A stretch of DNA of 64,000 nt from Octopus sinensis (lineage: Eukaryota), in assembly GCF_006345805.1 (NCBI RefSeq), contig NW_021833444.1, positions 8,271 through 72,270 on the forward strand, in the 5' to 3' direction. A program made the translations under genes and the position numbers. Of this stretch, positions 52,655 to 64,000 are shown one piece after another. The notes below the pieces were generated by a model. It was not told the origin of the DNA and made no database searches. It saw nothing but the letters and a program-made list of their open reading frames with translations. The first letter of the stretch is position 1. The number at the start of each line of letters is the position of its first letter.

Positions 52655-52965
52655 GACTCCGCGGTTACGACGAGGGGCCCAGCTGATACGATCAACGGAA
52701 CAGCTTGCTCGTGAAATTAACGTGCAAATGGCTGAGCATTCCACAGACACGTGTACCCTTAACGTAGTTCTCGGGGATAATCAGCATGACACAGAGAGTG
52801 ACAAGGCTGACCCTTTGAAATACAAGTACAACTCATTTTTGCCAGCTGAGTGGACTGGAGCAACGTGAAATAAAGTGTCTTGCTCAAGGACACAACGCGT
52901 CGCCGGGAATCGAACTCAAACCTTACGATCATGAGCCGAATGCCCTAACCACTAAGCCACGCGCC

Positions 52966-52968
<3 letters not shown>
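52655..52968 (-). mobile_element. tRNA-derived SINE with a CORE/V-like central segment
   Basis: Head GGCGCGTGGCTTAGTGGTTAGGGC...GAGTTCGATTCCC, then TGTGTCCTTGAGCAAGACACTTTA; tail shared with the 6575-6832 SINE. Confidence 0.8.
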
Positions 52969-53000
<32 letters not shown>

Positions 53001-53924
53001 CATATAATACATACATGTTTATATATATATATATATATACACAAATATCTCTGTATATATATGTATATATGTATGCATGTATTTTCGATTGATTTCTTTC
53101 AGTTTCTATCTACAAAATCCACTGACAAGGCTTTCGTTGTTCTGAGGCTATAGCAGAAGAAGCATTCCAAGTCACCACACAGCGGGACTGAACCCAGGAC
53201 CATGTATTTTGGAACCAAGTTTGTTAGCACACAGCCACACCTGCACCTATGTATGTGTGTGGGGGGGTATGTGTGTATGGGTGTATATATGTATACATGT
53301 ATATATGTGTATATATATGTGTACATATTACATGTACATCTATATATATATAGCAATAATAATTCTCTAAAAGAGATATAGACAGTAACTGCTCGATAAC
53401 ATAAGGGACTAAAGCCATCTGAATATGGCTAGGGACAGGGCAGGGTGGTGGGGGTGTTACTGTTGCATTTAGCCCCAGGCGAACATCGACGTCACCAGAT
53501 AGGCCCGACACCGTCACGGTGTCCTTTAACCTGCAAAGGGAGGTAATACCCCGATGAAGCGGAAACCACACACGGACCATGGTTTCAAGGTGTATTGCCT
53601 ATCGTCGGCGTGTGGTAGGCTTCCGCTTCCTCGACGAATTCTCACTCTGCAGGCTATTCATATATAGATTTTCAAGCAAAATACATTTGCTGATTTCGAA
53701 AATCTGTTCGAAAGCAATAATAATTCTCTAAAAGAGATATAGACAGTAACTGCTCGATAACATAAGGGACTAAAGCCATTACCTCCCTTTGCAGGTTAAA
53801 GGACACCGTGACGGTGTCGGGCCTATCTGGTGACGTCGATGTTCGCCTGGGGCTAAATGCAACAGTAACACCCCCACCACCCTGCCCGTCCCTAGCCATA
53901 TTCAGATGGCTTTAGTCCCTTATG

Positions 53925-53978
<54 letters not shown>

Positions 53979-54222
53979 AATTCAAAATGTGACCGCGTGT
54001 GTACCGTTGGCGATTTTTTCCCTCTGTCTTCCCTTTTCTGGATCTTTCCTTCTCCTATGTTTCCGACGAAGAGCTCCGCTCGAAACGTAATCCCTCCTTC
54101 TTTCCTTCTTTCCTGAGCGTCCAATAATAATATATTGTTCCACGTCCTCGCGTTGTTGTGTTTTTTTTGTGCTTTCATGTGTGGATTAAATTATATATAT
54201 ATATATATATATATACATATAT

Positions 54223-54261
<39 letters not shown>

Positions 54262-54266
54262 ATATA

Positions 54267-54306
<40 letters not shown>

Positions 54307-54400
54307 CGGAAGGTTTACGAAAATAAACAAAAGACGAAGGCAGGTGGAGTACAAACAAACAATGTATTAGTATGGCGCTCAGGAATAGAAATAAAACAAG

Positions 54401-54438
54401 TCTTTTACGTTTCGAGCCTACGCTCTTCAACAGAAAGA
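54401..54438 (-). ncRNA. Hammerhead-like variant (CUGUUGA core, extra A, 2-bp palindromic stem III)
   Basis: tcttt CTGTTGA A gagc-gtag-gctc GAAAC GTA aaaga; truncated relative at 1474-1500. Confidence 0.5.
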
Positions 54439-54749
54439 TACAAAGAAAAGAAACAAGGAGAGAAAAAAAAATATATATATACATTCACACCTACATGCAT
54501 ATATATATATAGAGCAATAGAAACGGATAGAATAAGTACTATGCTTACAAAGAATAAGTCCTGGAGTCGATTTGCTCGATTAAAGGCGGTGCTTCAGCAT
54601 GGCCACAGTCAAATAACTGAAGCCAATAAAAGAATAAAAGAACAAAGAACAAAGTCCAAATAAAGTGTACTGCACAAAGCAGAGACACAAACACTGAATG
54701 TAGTAGCAATTGACAAAATATGAGGAGGCAGATAAAAGTGAAACTAAAT

Positions 54750-55191
54750 TGTTCCATGAAATATTAAACGTTCTAAAAACATGACCTACGTCAGAAAAAT
54801 GTTGATATAATATCAAAAATGGAGTAGGAAGAGTAATCAAGATAATATCAACCAAATAAGGTAATGACAAACATTTGAAAAAGAAGACGGTTATAACAGA
54901 AAACTCAAATCGAAGTAGCGATAAAAGAAATTATAAATGAGAAAATTTATATAAAATTGGCAAATTACGTATATGTTAACAAGGATATGTTAGCATTACT
55001 CACAGTGATTTGTGTCAGTACAACAATTTAATGAGGAATGTATCTATACATTTTAACCAGCACTTGTGTGTGTGTTTATATATTTGAGTAATAAAGTTTT
55101 CATGATGGATTGTGTCAGATAGAAATGCTTTATAAATATTTTTTGAAAGCCAAAACAGGGATGTTATTTAAAAGTTTTGTCAAGAGATGTG

Positions 55192-55224
<33 letters not shown>

Positions 55225-55862
55225 CTGTGTGTGTGTGTCTCTGTGTGTGTGTGTCTGTGTGTGTGTGTGTGTGGTCTGTGCGTGTGTGTGTGTCTGTGTG
55301 TGTGTGTGTGTGTGTGTGTTTGTGTGTGGGTGTGTGTCTCTGTGTGTGTGTGTGTTTTGTATATCCAGGTCACGGTTCTCTGCTCAGAAAATCTCTTGAC
55401 AAAACTTTTAAATAGCTTCCCTGTTGTGTCTTTCAAAAAATATTTATAAAGCACTTCTATCTGACACAATCCATCATGAAAACTTTATTACAAAAATACA
55501 TACACACACACACACACACACACACCACAATTGTTGGCTTAAATGTATAGATACATTCCTCATTAAATTGCTGTACTGACACAAATCACTGTGAGTAATG
55601 CTAACAAATCCTTGTTAACATATACGTAATTTGCCAATTTTATATAAATTTTCTCATTTATAATTTCTTTTATCGCTACTTCGATTTGAGTTTTCTGTTA
55701 TATCCGTCTTCTTTTTTTAAATGTTTGTCATTATTTTACCTTATTTGGTTGATATTTTCTTGATTACTCTTCCTACTCCATTTTTGATATTATATCAACA
55801 TTGTCACCTCAGTTTTTCTGACGTAGGTCATGTTTTTAGAACGTTTAATATTTCATGGAACA
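54750..55862. repeat. Inverted repeat with 440-470-bp arms (54750-55187 / 55391-55862) around a (GT)n spacer
   Basis: Arms read as reverse complements with scattered mismatches. Confidence 0.85.
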
Positions 55863-55937
55863 GTTTGAATTCACAGAAAACAAAAGACGAAGATAAGCGA
55901 AGGAATAACAAGTAGGCATATATATACACGTACACTT

Positions 55938-55987
<50 letters not shown>

Positions 55988-58359
55988 CCATACATATACG
56001 GACGTATATAGATATACATATACAAATGTATAACATCAACACTTTGTTTCTCTAGTTTAGAATGCGAAGAAGAAGGAGAAGAAGAAGAAGAAGAAGAAGA
56101 AGAAGAAGAAGAAGAAGAAGAAGAAGAAGAAGAAGAAGAAGAAGAAGAAGAAGAAGATATACTCACATAAACATTACCTTAGTGGTGGAGGCTGGGAAAT
56201 GTCCTACGGTGACCGGAAACTTAGCTTTTTGTCAAGGCGGAACTATTGGTCAGTGGATGTCTCTTCTGGATGTCTCCTCTGAACGTTGCACCAGAATGTC
56301 ATGTGTCCTCTCTTCGCCGATCAACTTATATGTAATTCCTAGTAATGAGGAAAGGGTGTAGGAGTAGGAGAAAGAGGTGGAAAGTAAAGAAAGCTGTTTG
56401 TTTATTGTTGTTGTTGTTCACGTTTTGTTGATGTTGTTGTTGTCTGACATTGCTTTGACATGGATACACGCCTATCAGTGATGGTGTGGTGGTGGCTCCG
56501 ATGCTGTCGGCGGTGGTGGTGGTCGTCGTCGTCGTCGTGGTAGGACTGTAGTTGTTGTGTGTGCGTGTGTGTGCTGGTATATACATGTGTTTGTGTGAGT
56601 GTGTGTGTGTGTGAGTTTGTGTGAGTGTGTGTGAGTTTGTGTGAGTGTGTGTGAGTTTATATGTGTGTGAGTGTGTGTGAGTGTGTGTGTGTGTGAGTGT
56701 GGGTGTGTGCGCGTTTGAGTTTGTGTGAGTGTGTGTATGCGCGCGTGAGTGTGCGTGTGTGAGTTTATATGTGTGTGTGTGTGAGTGTGCGTGTGTGCGC
56801 GTGTGAGTTTGTGTGAGTGTGTGTGAGTGTGTGTGTACGCGCGCGTGAGCGTACGTGTGTGAGTTTATATGTGTGTGTGTGAGTGTGTGTGTGTGTATGT
56901 GTGTGAGTATGCATGTGTGCGCGTGCGAGTTTGTGTGAGTGTGTGTGAGTGTGTGTGTGCGCGCGTGAGTGTACGTGTGTGAGTTTATATGTGTGTGTGT
57001 GAGTGTGTGTGTGTGTATGTGTGTGAGTGTGCATGTGTGCGCGTGCGAGTTTGTGTGAGTGTGTGTGAGTGTGTGTGTGCGCGCGTGAGTGTGCTTGTGT
57101 GAGTTTATATGTGTGTGTGTGTGAGTGTGTGTGTGTGTGTGTGAGTGTGCATGTGTGCGCGTGTGAGTTTGTGTGAGTGTGTGTGAGTGTGTGTGTGCGC
57201 GCGTGAGTGTGCGTGTGTTTGTTTATATGTGTGTGCATGTGTAAGTTTGTGTGTGTGTTTTCATTTTAAGGTTATCTCCCGACATTTAGCAAAAAGAAAA
57301 CTAGAAGAAATTTCATAAAGACTACTTTCTTTTAAGCTCTTTGTTTATTTCTTTATACATACACAAACATACACACATTAATTAATCAATTAATTAAATA
57401 ATCATAATTAATGCTGAATCCCTTTCCTGAGATGTTTTGTTGTTTTCCTTTCAGTTTCGTTATTCCCAAGGGAAATGTTGCTGCTTTTGGCTTTGTGTAT
57501 CGTCCGGCAAACAGTTTTTGTAGAAACTGGGTTCTCGAGGTGATCGTTAAGCTCTGGAGTAATTTTGGGAGTTGTACTTTTGTTATCATTTCTAAGAATT
57601 CTCGTAAGAGTCTGACGGTCCCTATCTGAAAGTTTTGATTTATTTACGGAGTTTTGTTACGACGAGGAGGTTTTTTCCGTCTTTCTCAAAGGCTGTCATT
57701 ACTTTCGAGACAGTACTTCTCGATACACAAAACATTTAGGCTATTTTCATTAAGCTAGCGCCTGCCATATGACCACCAACAATTTGACCTCATTTAAAGT
57801 CCGATATATCTGTCATTTTGATGAATTTTAATTACCTTTTTCTTAAGATATCTGAAAAAAAAAACGATCTCAGCAAAACATATTAAGCAATACTAACAAT
57901 AAATCAAAGAACATAAAAATAAACAAGCTTTTGACGGTTTTATAGATATTTCAAAATGATGATGCTATGATGCTAGGTGTTTCCATTATTTTGTCCAGCC
58001 CCTGTATATGCACATACAAGGCAGGGCGTTGCCTCACGCTATAGGTGCAGTGACGGTCTTTATGTAAGAATGTACGCTCAGATTTAGATGAGGTCATTTA
58101 ACACACATGTAAGTTTACTTGGTATAATTTTCATGCTTAGGTATTATACATAATAGGCTTCATTTATCTAGTTATTCACATTTGAAAGACTGCTCTGGTT
58201 GATTTTGTTGTTGTTTCTTTTTGTGATGGTAGTTGTAACAAGTAGTAAATCATATCACTTGTTATATGATATACTCGTTTACAAGTGAATGCTTAAATAA
58301 GAAACAGACTACAATACATTAAAAATACGGCTCCAGTCCCCAAGTATAAACACTACTCT

Positions 58360-59361
58360 CACCACACTAGCAGAGAAGCACAGTCATCACCACGTATTCA
58401 CCTAGAGCAGTGTTAATCATGTCTATGTGCCTGATGTCCGACACTATGATGGTGACGTCGTCCACATATATTGACACGGTTCTCCAGGCCGTTTTTTCGC
58501 GCATGGTACCCGCCCCAACAAAACAAACGCCCCCATTTTCTGCAGTAGTGACTCCAGAATCAGTACATACAGAAGAAATGAGACAGAACGATCTGGACGG
58601 ACCGAACGCATGATACTGAATGGTTCCGAGAATGTTATCGCTCTTGCTCGCCACTAAACCTCGATAGAACGTCAAAGTGGAACTTCCACCGAATGCGCTG
58701 CCTGACTGGAAGAGGGCGTTTAGCGCTTGTCCGGATTTTAGGTGCCAGGCGCGCCGCTTCCGTCTATGCTTGATCCCAGGACTGCAGCTCATTCTGAAAG
58801 ACCAGCTGCAGATAAGCAGCTCTGACAAACAGCATCCACGAGGCTCCGGCAGGAAGTGGTGGCGACCCCTGTTGTACTCTTTCGCTCCAACTTTCTCTCA
58901 CTCTTTCTTCCTGTTTCTTGTCCCCGACTTCCTATGCAACCACCGCTGAGCCTGGATGTGCATTCATTCATCCGTCGATGCTCTTGGTGTCGGGGGTTGT
59001 CCTGCTTTCTCTTCTACGGGTCTTACGAATAGCAAAGGACCACGTTTCGGACTTCTCCTGAGGCGCGATCTTGCGAGCTCTGGGACGAAGACCACTTCGC
59101 TCAACAAACAAACAAACAAACAGCAACCTCAACTGTTCACTGTCGAGAAAACACTGGATATATCTCAGGCTAAGTACATGTCTGCACTTCATCAGCCACA
59201 GCATATCTAATCCTCCACTAAAGAAATTGACCGTCTTACATGTAAGTTCATATAGAAGAAATGAGACAGAACAATCTTGACGGACCGAATGCATGATACT
59301 GAATGGTTTCGAGAATGTTATCGCTCTTGCTCGCCACTAAACCTCGATAGAACGTCAAAGT
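58360..59361 (-). mobile_element. Rearranged Tx1/L1-like LINE fragments with an internal 113-bp direct duplication (58566-58678 / 59249-59361)
   Basis: HSVRQDCSVSFLLYEL (QG motif region) and VSIYVDDVTIIVSD (YADD-like); duplicated segment visible in the sequence. Confidence 0.7.
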
Positions 59362-59923
59362 ATGTAATTACATGCCTGACGTCAATATCTTTCTTTTGAT
59401 TGATCATAGCTATCATGCTCCAGGCAAGGAATAGAATATAGCGAAAGTAGTCAAGCGAATTCGTATGGCATTTCTGTTTTTTTTTTTATCATTTCATAAA
59501 AAAATAGATTATCCACATGTAGGTCAAGACTTATATTGGCATTGTAATTTGATAGCTACATACATAAATCAATACATACATACATACGTACCTACCTCCA
59601 TACATAAAGACAGACAAACATATGACACTGACGTATGACACAGAGTATGACACAGACGTGGTTGTGTAGTAAGAAGCTTGTTTCCAAACCACCACACGAT
59701 TCTGGGTTCAGTTTCCTGACCACATGGGGAAATTTTAGCGGCATTTTACACGTCTTCACGTTCTGAGTTCAAATTCCGCCGAGGTCGACTTCGCCTTCCA
59801 TCTTTCGGAATCGATAAGATAAGTACCAATGAAATACTGAGAATGAAGTGATCGACATATGCCCTTCCTCTATCTCTATATGTATGTATTTCTCTCCTCT
59901 CTCTCTCTCTCTCTATAGATAGA

Positions 59924-59955
<32 letters not shown>

Positions 59956-60940
59956 AGGGAAATACATACATATAGAGATAGATAGGCAGACAAACAAATA
60001 GATAAGACTAATAGGCAGAGAGAGAGAGAGAGAGAAAATAGCTATACCCAGATAAACAGAGATAAAGACATGTTTATGAATTTATACACTAACACGCACA
60101 CGCACGCACACACGCACACACCACAACACACACACTCACTCACACCCACTCACACACACATATAGTCAGGTAAACAGAGAGATAGATAGGCAGATATGTT
60201 GACATACATGTATATTCGTTTCACATACATATTCAACATTCATGTATTGCTTTTGTCACTGAACGGAAAGCATATTGCCAAAGTTTTCGTAAATACATTT
60301 GACCCACAATGTTTGGTAATAAATTAGACCATTGTAAAAGATTCCTGGTCCAAAAAGAGTGAGGGACACGTTAAAATATCTCATGTCAAATAAATCAGCA
60401 TCGAATAAGTGGCGCCAAACAGGCGGCGCCAATACAGCTGAGTCAAACTGTGTTATACACGACAACATAAATGCGTGTCTATTATGTAGTTTTGAAGCAC
60501 AATCAGTGTGCCCGTCTTGGTAAAAAAAAATTAAAAGGCTTGGCTATTTGAATGAATCCAAAATACTGCCAACAGTTGTCAATATATTTTGTTTGTCTTG
60601 ACTGCATTTTGGTTTCACAAAAAGTACAACATCGCAAACATATATGCACTCGTCAGACAATGCAGGTAACCACAAAACATAGCAGTTGTCTTGACTTAAA
60701 CAAAAGAGCCTTGCTACATTGGTAGTGACCCCGTATAAAGTCTATTAAGGAAAAAAAATAATGAAATCTAAAAAGAACGACACACACACACACACACATA
60801 TATATATACACACACACATACACACATATATATATATATTCGAACAGGATTCGAATAATCCTATCAGGTGGTGCTATTAAGTTAGACATGGCCTGGACCA
60901 ATCTCTGGTCGAAACATATCTAAGTTTATCTAAGTTTATA

Positions 60941-61010
<70 letters not shown>

Positions 61011-62534
61011 TGTATGTATGTCTCTTTTATATTTTAATTATTATAAATCTTCTCCTGAGGAGGGAGCTGGTTTCCAACAAAGATACAAGGCACCATCTTT
61101 GGAATGTAGTTAACACCAGACAAATTCACATCTGGAACTTGAGAAAGTCTTGCATATAATTTACTGTTCCACTCTATGTATGTATATATGTATGTATATT
61201 AATACGCACACGAATACACACACATATATACATGCACATTCATTTATAATATTTTCAAAGTGATATTACTTTTTTAATAATGTGAGTAAATGAAAAAATA
61301 TAAACTGGACACAGTCCCGAACTTCTTCAGTCATTATAGTTTATAGATATATTTATTGTATTAAAGTACAATAATTCAAAACACAAAGAACGCAAGAACT
61401 TATAGTGCAAAAATATTTATTGATGTTGTAACGACCAATGTTACAATTTACCACAGTGGGTAACCGTCCTGTCACCTACTTGAAATAGGACAAAAGAGAA
61501 GGCACAATGTGAACGAAGGGCAAGAGATTCATGAAGCTGGAATTTTTTCATGCAGTTATCGTGATTTCAGTAGAGATTCGAAAAGGAAGAGAGAGGAGAA
61601 ATTACATTTGTGGTTTGAAGGCTGGAATGATAGCGAGGAAATTTATTCATTAGATGAGCTGCCTATTTTCAAGCCTGTCTAAGTTGTTAACCTGTGTAGC
61701 ATCAGCATTGGCCTGGTAGTTCACTGTGGCCTTTGCATGAGATTTGTTGTGAGTTAGCAATTTGTTGTGAGTTAGCAGAGATTTGTAGTGAGTTAGCATA
61801 TTTTCTGAACTTGAAGTGGATGAACATTCTTAGTGATGCAGTGTTCTTTATATTAAACAGTGTATGTTTGTCAGCCCAAGTCTGTGAGAGATAGTTAGGT
61901 CTAGTGTATGTGACGTTTATGTTTGTGGATAGTGAATATGTCCTTGTGTTGTAGAAGGGGTACATATGTGTTGGTCAGGGATTGATGTGAGAGGTGAAAT
62001 AAACTGATGCAGGGAGTTGAACATAGCGAAAGGTTCGGTATCTGTGTCTGCATTGTCAGTAAATAATAAGGGAGGGATCTAAGAAGAATTATGAAGTTAC
62101 CGAGGACGATTATAAATAAGAGGTAATTTTTTAAAAATGTGCGAGAAATACAGAGAGAAAGAGGGAGAGAGAGAGAGGGGGTGATATGTCTTCTTGACAT
62201 ATTTCAGACACAAGGAAGAAGACACACACACAGACAGGCAGACAGACTGGGAAACAGACAGTCAGGGAGTAAAAAGTGGAGAAATTTTTTCTATGTTGGA
62301 ATAGAAATGACGGAAGAGTCATCATTGCTGTGATTTTTTTCAATTATGTTTTTTTTTCCAAATAACCAAGCGAAGAATGAACGTTCTAAAACAAAAGAAA
62401 AAAATATTAAATATAAGGAAAAGAAAAAAAAATAAACACAAAATACAGGAAAACTTTTCATTATAACTGTCCGGTTGAAGTCGGCTGTCTCTTATGTCTT
62501 AGATTGTGTTTGCATGTTATCGTACTTAGCATGA

Positions 62535-62935
62535 AAGGAGGCGAGCTGGCAGAAACGTTAGCACGCCCGGCGAAATGCTTGGCAGTATTTCGCCTGTCTT
62601 TACATTCTGAGTTCAAATTCTGCCGAGGTCGACTTTACCTGCCATCCTTCCGGGGTCTATTAAATAAGCACCAGTTACGCACTGGGGTCGATATAATCGA
62701 CTTAATCCGTTTGTCTGTCCTTGTTTGTCCCCTCTGTGTTAAGCCCCTTGTGGGTAGTAAACAAATAGGTATTTCGTCTGTCGCTACGTTCTGAGTTCAA
62801 ATTCCGCCAAGCTCGACTTTGCCTTTCATACTTTCGGGGTCGATAAATTAAGTAACACTTGCGTACTGGGGTCTATCAAATCGACAGGACCCCACCCCAA
62901 AAATTTCGGGCCTTGTGTCTAGAGTAGAAAAGAAT
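62535..62935 (+). mobile_element. SINE family B (internally repeated ttctgagttcaaattccgccgaggtcgactttgcc unit)
   Basis: Same sequence recurs at 22845-23415 (-), 46015-46322, 27395-27560 (-), 32650-32810 (-), 59735-59860, 5272-5420. Confidence 0.85.
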
Positions 62936-63098
62936 ATTGTACTTAACAGGAAAAATTATCTGTGTTAGTTGGTCGTCAGTGTAAACTCGTTAAAATATGT
63001 CTGTGTGAGTTTGTCAGAGAAATTTATCAAAAGTAAAGACATCCAGAATATTCTTGTAATTTAAGAAATAATAACGCACCTGGATGTTTATTTCTTAA

Positions 63099-63212
63099 CT
63101 ACATTGTTACAGCAGAAACAGGAAGGACAACATTTCCTATTTTGTATCCAAAATTCACAACTATACAACCAGATGATGTTTCTTCCATTATTTCACCAAG
63201 GAGACCAGGAAA
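63099..63212 (-). CDS. Orphan exon encoding the second half of a MIB/REP-like repeat, ending in TAG
   Basis: FPGLLGEIMEETSSGCIVVNFGYKIGNVVLPVSAVTM* after the acceptor tttcctctttatccag. Same phase-0 cag|TTT start and nearly the same length (37 vs 38 codons) as exon 2, with the GxxGxI...V.F...PxAxT pattern. Confidence 0.6.
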   Translation of the reverse strand, partial: FPGLLGEIMEETSSGCIVVNFGYKIGNVVLPVSAVTM

Positions 63213-63904
63213 CTGGATAAAGAGGAAATAAAAACAATTAGTCATATCTGTGTGCATATGTGGTGTGTGTGTGTGTGTGTGTGTTGTGTGTGTGTGTGTG
63301 TGTGTGGTCTTTGAATTTGTGCTTGCTTCTACCTCTTGCATACTGATGTTGGTTTGCTTATGTCCCCGTAATATAGTGGTAACAGAGAGTTCAATAGAAT
63401 AATTCCAAAACTGAGGAAGGGCAATCTGCTTGACTAAACAATTCACGGCGGTGCCTCAGCATCGTCACAGACCACGACTGAAACAAGTATAAGAGGAAAA
63501 AGGCAGATCTAAAACTGAGACCCATTGTAGCAGGCCCGTTTAATGAAACATGCTACTTAAGTAATTTCAAAGGAATTCAACTAAAGTCTTTGCCCAAACA
63601 CATACAGAGTTACGTACGAGATAATTTTCTTATATTCAACCATCTACCTATTACAGTAAACGAAACCACCTATCTTATTACATTTGATGCTGTGAGCTTA
63701 TATAGCAATATTCCTCTCAGCCCCACGGTTAGGCAAAGAGACAGATAGAATAAGTATTTGGCTTTGATAAAAAAAAAACAAAAGACAAAAGGACTCAGCT
63801 TGATTCATTCAACTAAAAATTCTTTAAAGTGGAGCCCCAGCGTAGCTGCAGTCTAGTGACTGAAACAAGTTAAAGAATAAAAGAATAATTTGCGCCCTGT
63901 GTGT

Positions 63905-63947
<43 letters not shown>

Positions 63948-64000
63948 TGTATTTTGTGTGCAAAAGATCACCTTGCGAATATATGCGCAATTATATTTAC

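Noticed and set aside
57720-58007. Tc1-like terminus (tacaggggctggacaaaataatggaaacacc on the minus strand), and similar lone ends at about 15610-15632 and 43533-43980
   Set aside because: Only one convincing terminus each and no transposase, so boundaries cannot be supported.
60256-60468. 70-aa minus-strand ORF as an additional exon of the ligase gene
   Set aside because: No similarity to Mind bomb domains and no convincing acceptor/donor pair in a compatible phase.
49670-63000. Search for MIB-Herc2 (RVVRGxDW) or ZZ zinc-finger exons upstream of exon 1
   Set aside because: None found by eye on the minus strand. Short or diverged exons could have been missed, and they may lie beyond the window.

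Overview
AT-rich, microsatellite-dense eukaryotic genomic DNA. The tRNA-derived SINE families and repeat landscape look like an octopod cephalopod; this is an inference, not a database match. One multi-exon gene was reconstructed by hand on the minus strand: 16 coding exons from 49644 to 13879, all GT-AG with consistent phases, 2325 nt, 774 aa. It encodes a Mind bomb-2-like E3 ubiquitin ligase with an unusual architecture: no MIB-Herc2/ZZ (MZM) module, three MIB/REP (SH3_15-type) repeats instead of two, about 9 ankyrin repeats and two C-terminal RING fingers. A further orphan REP-like exon with a stop codon lies 13 kb upstream (63080-63212). The rest of the window is mostly decayed mobile DNA: a Gypsy fragment with its 3' LTR, two mariners, a hAT, Penelope-like, Tx1-like and R4/Dong-like LINE pieces and many SINEs. 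It also holds a 3.7-kb (ACC)-derived array with a 120-bp higher-order unit, several long inverted repeats including a 2.5-kb spacerless palindrome, and at least four unrelated families of minimal type-I hammerhead ribozyme motifs in Penelope-type repeats and (TA)n tracts. Nearly all supplied ORFs outside these features are microsatellite artefacts.
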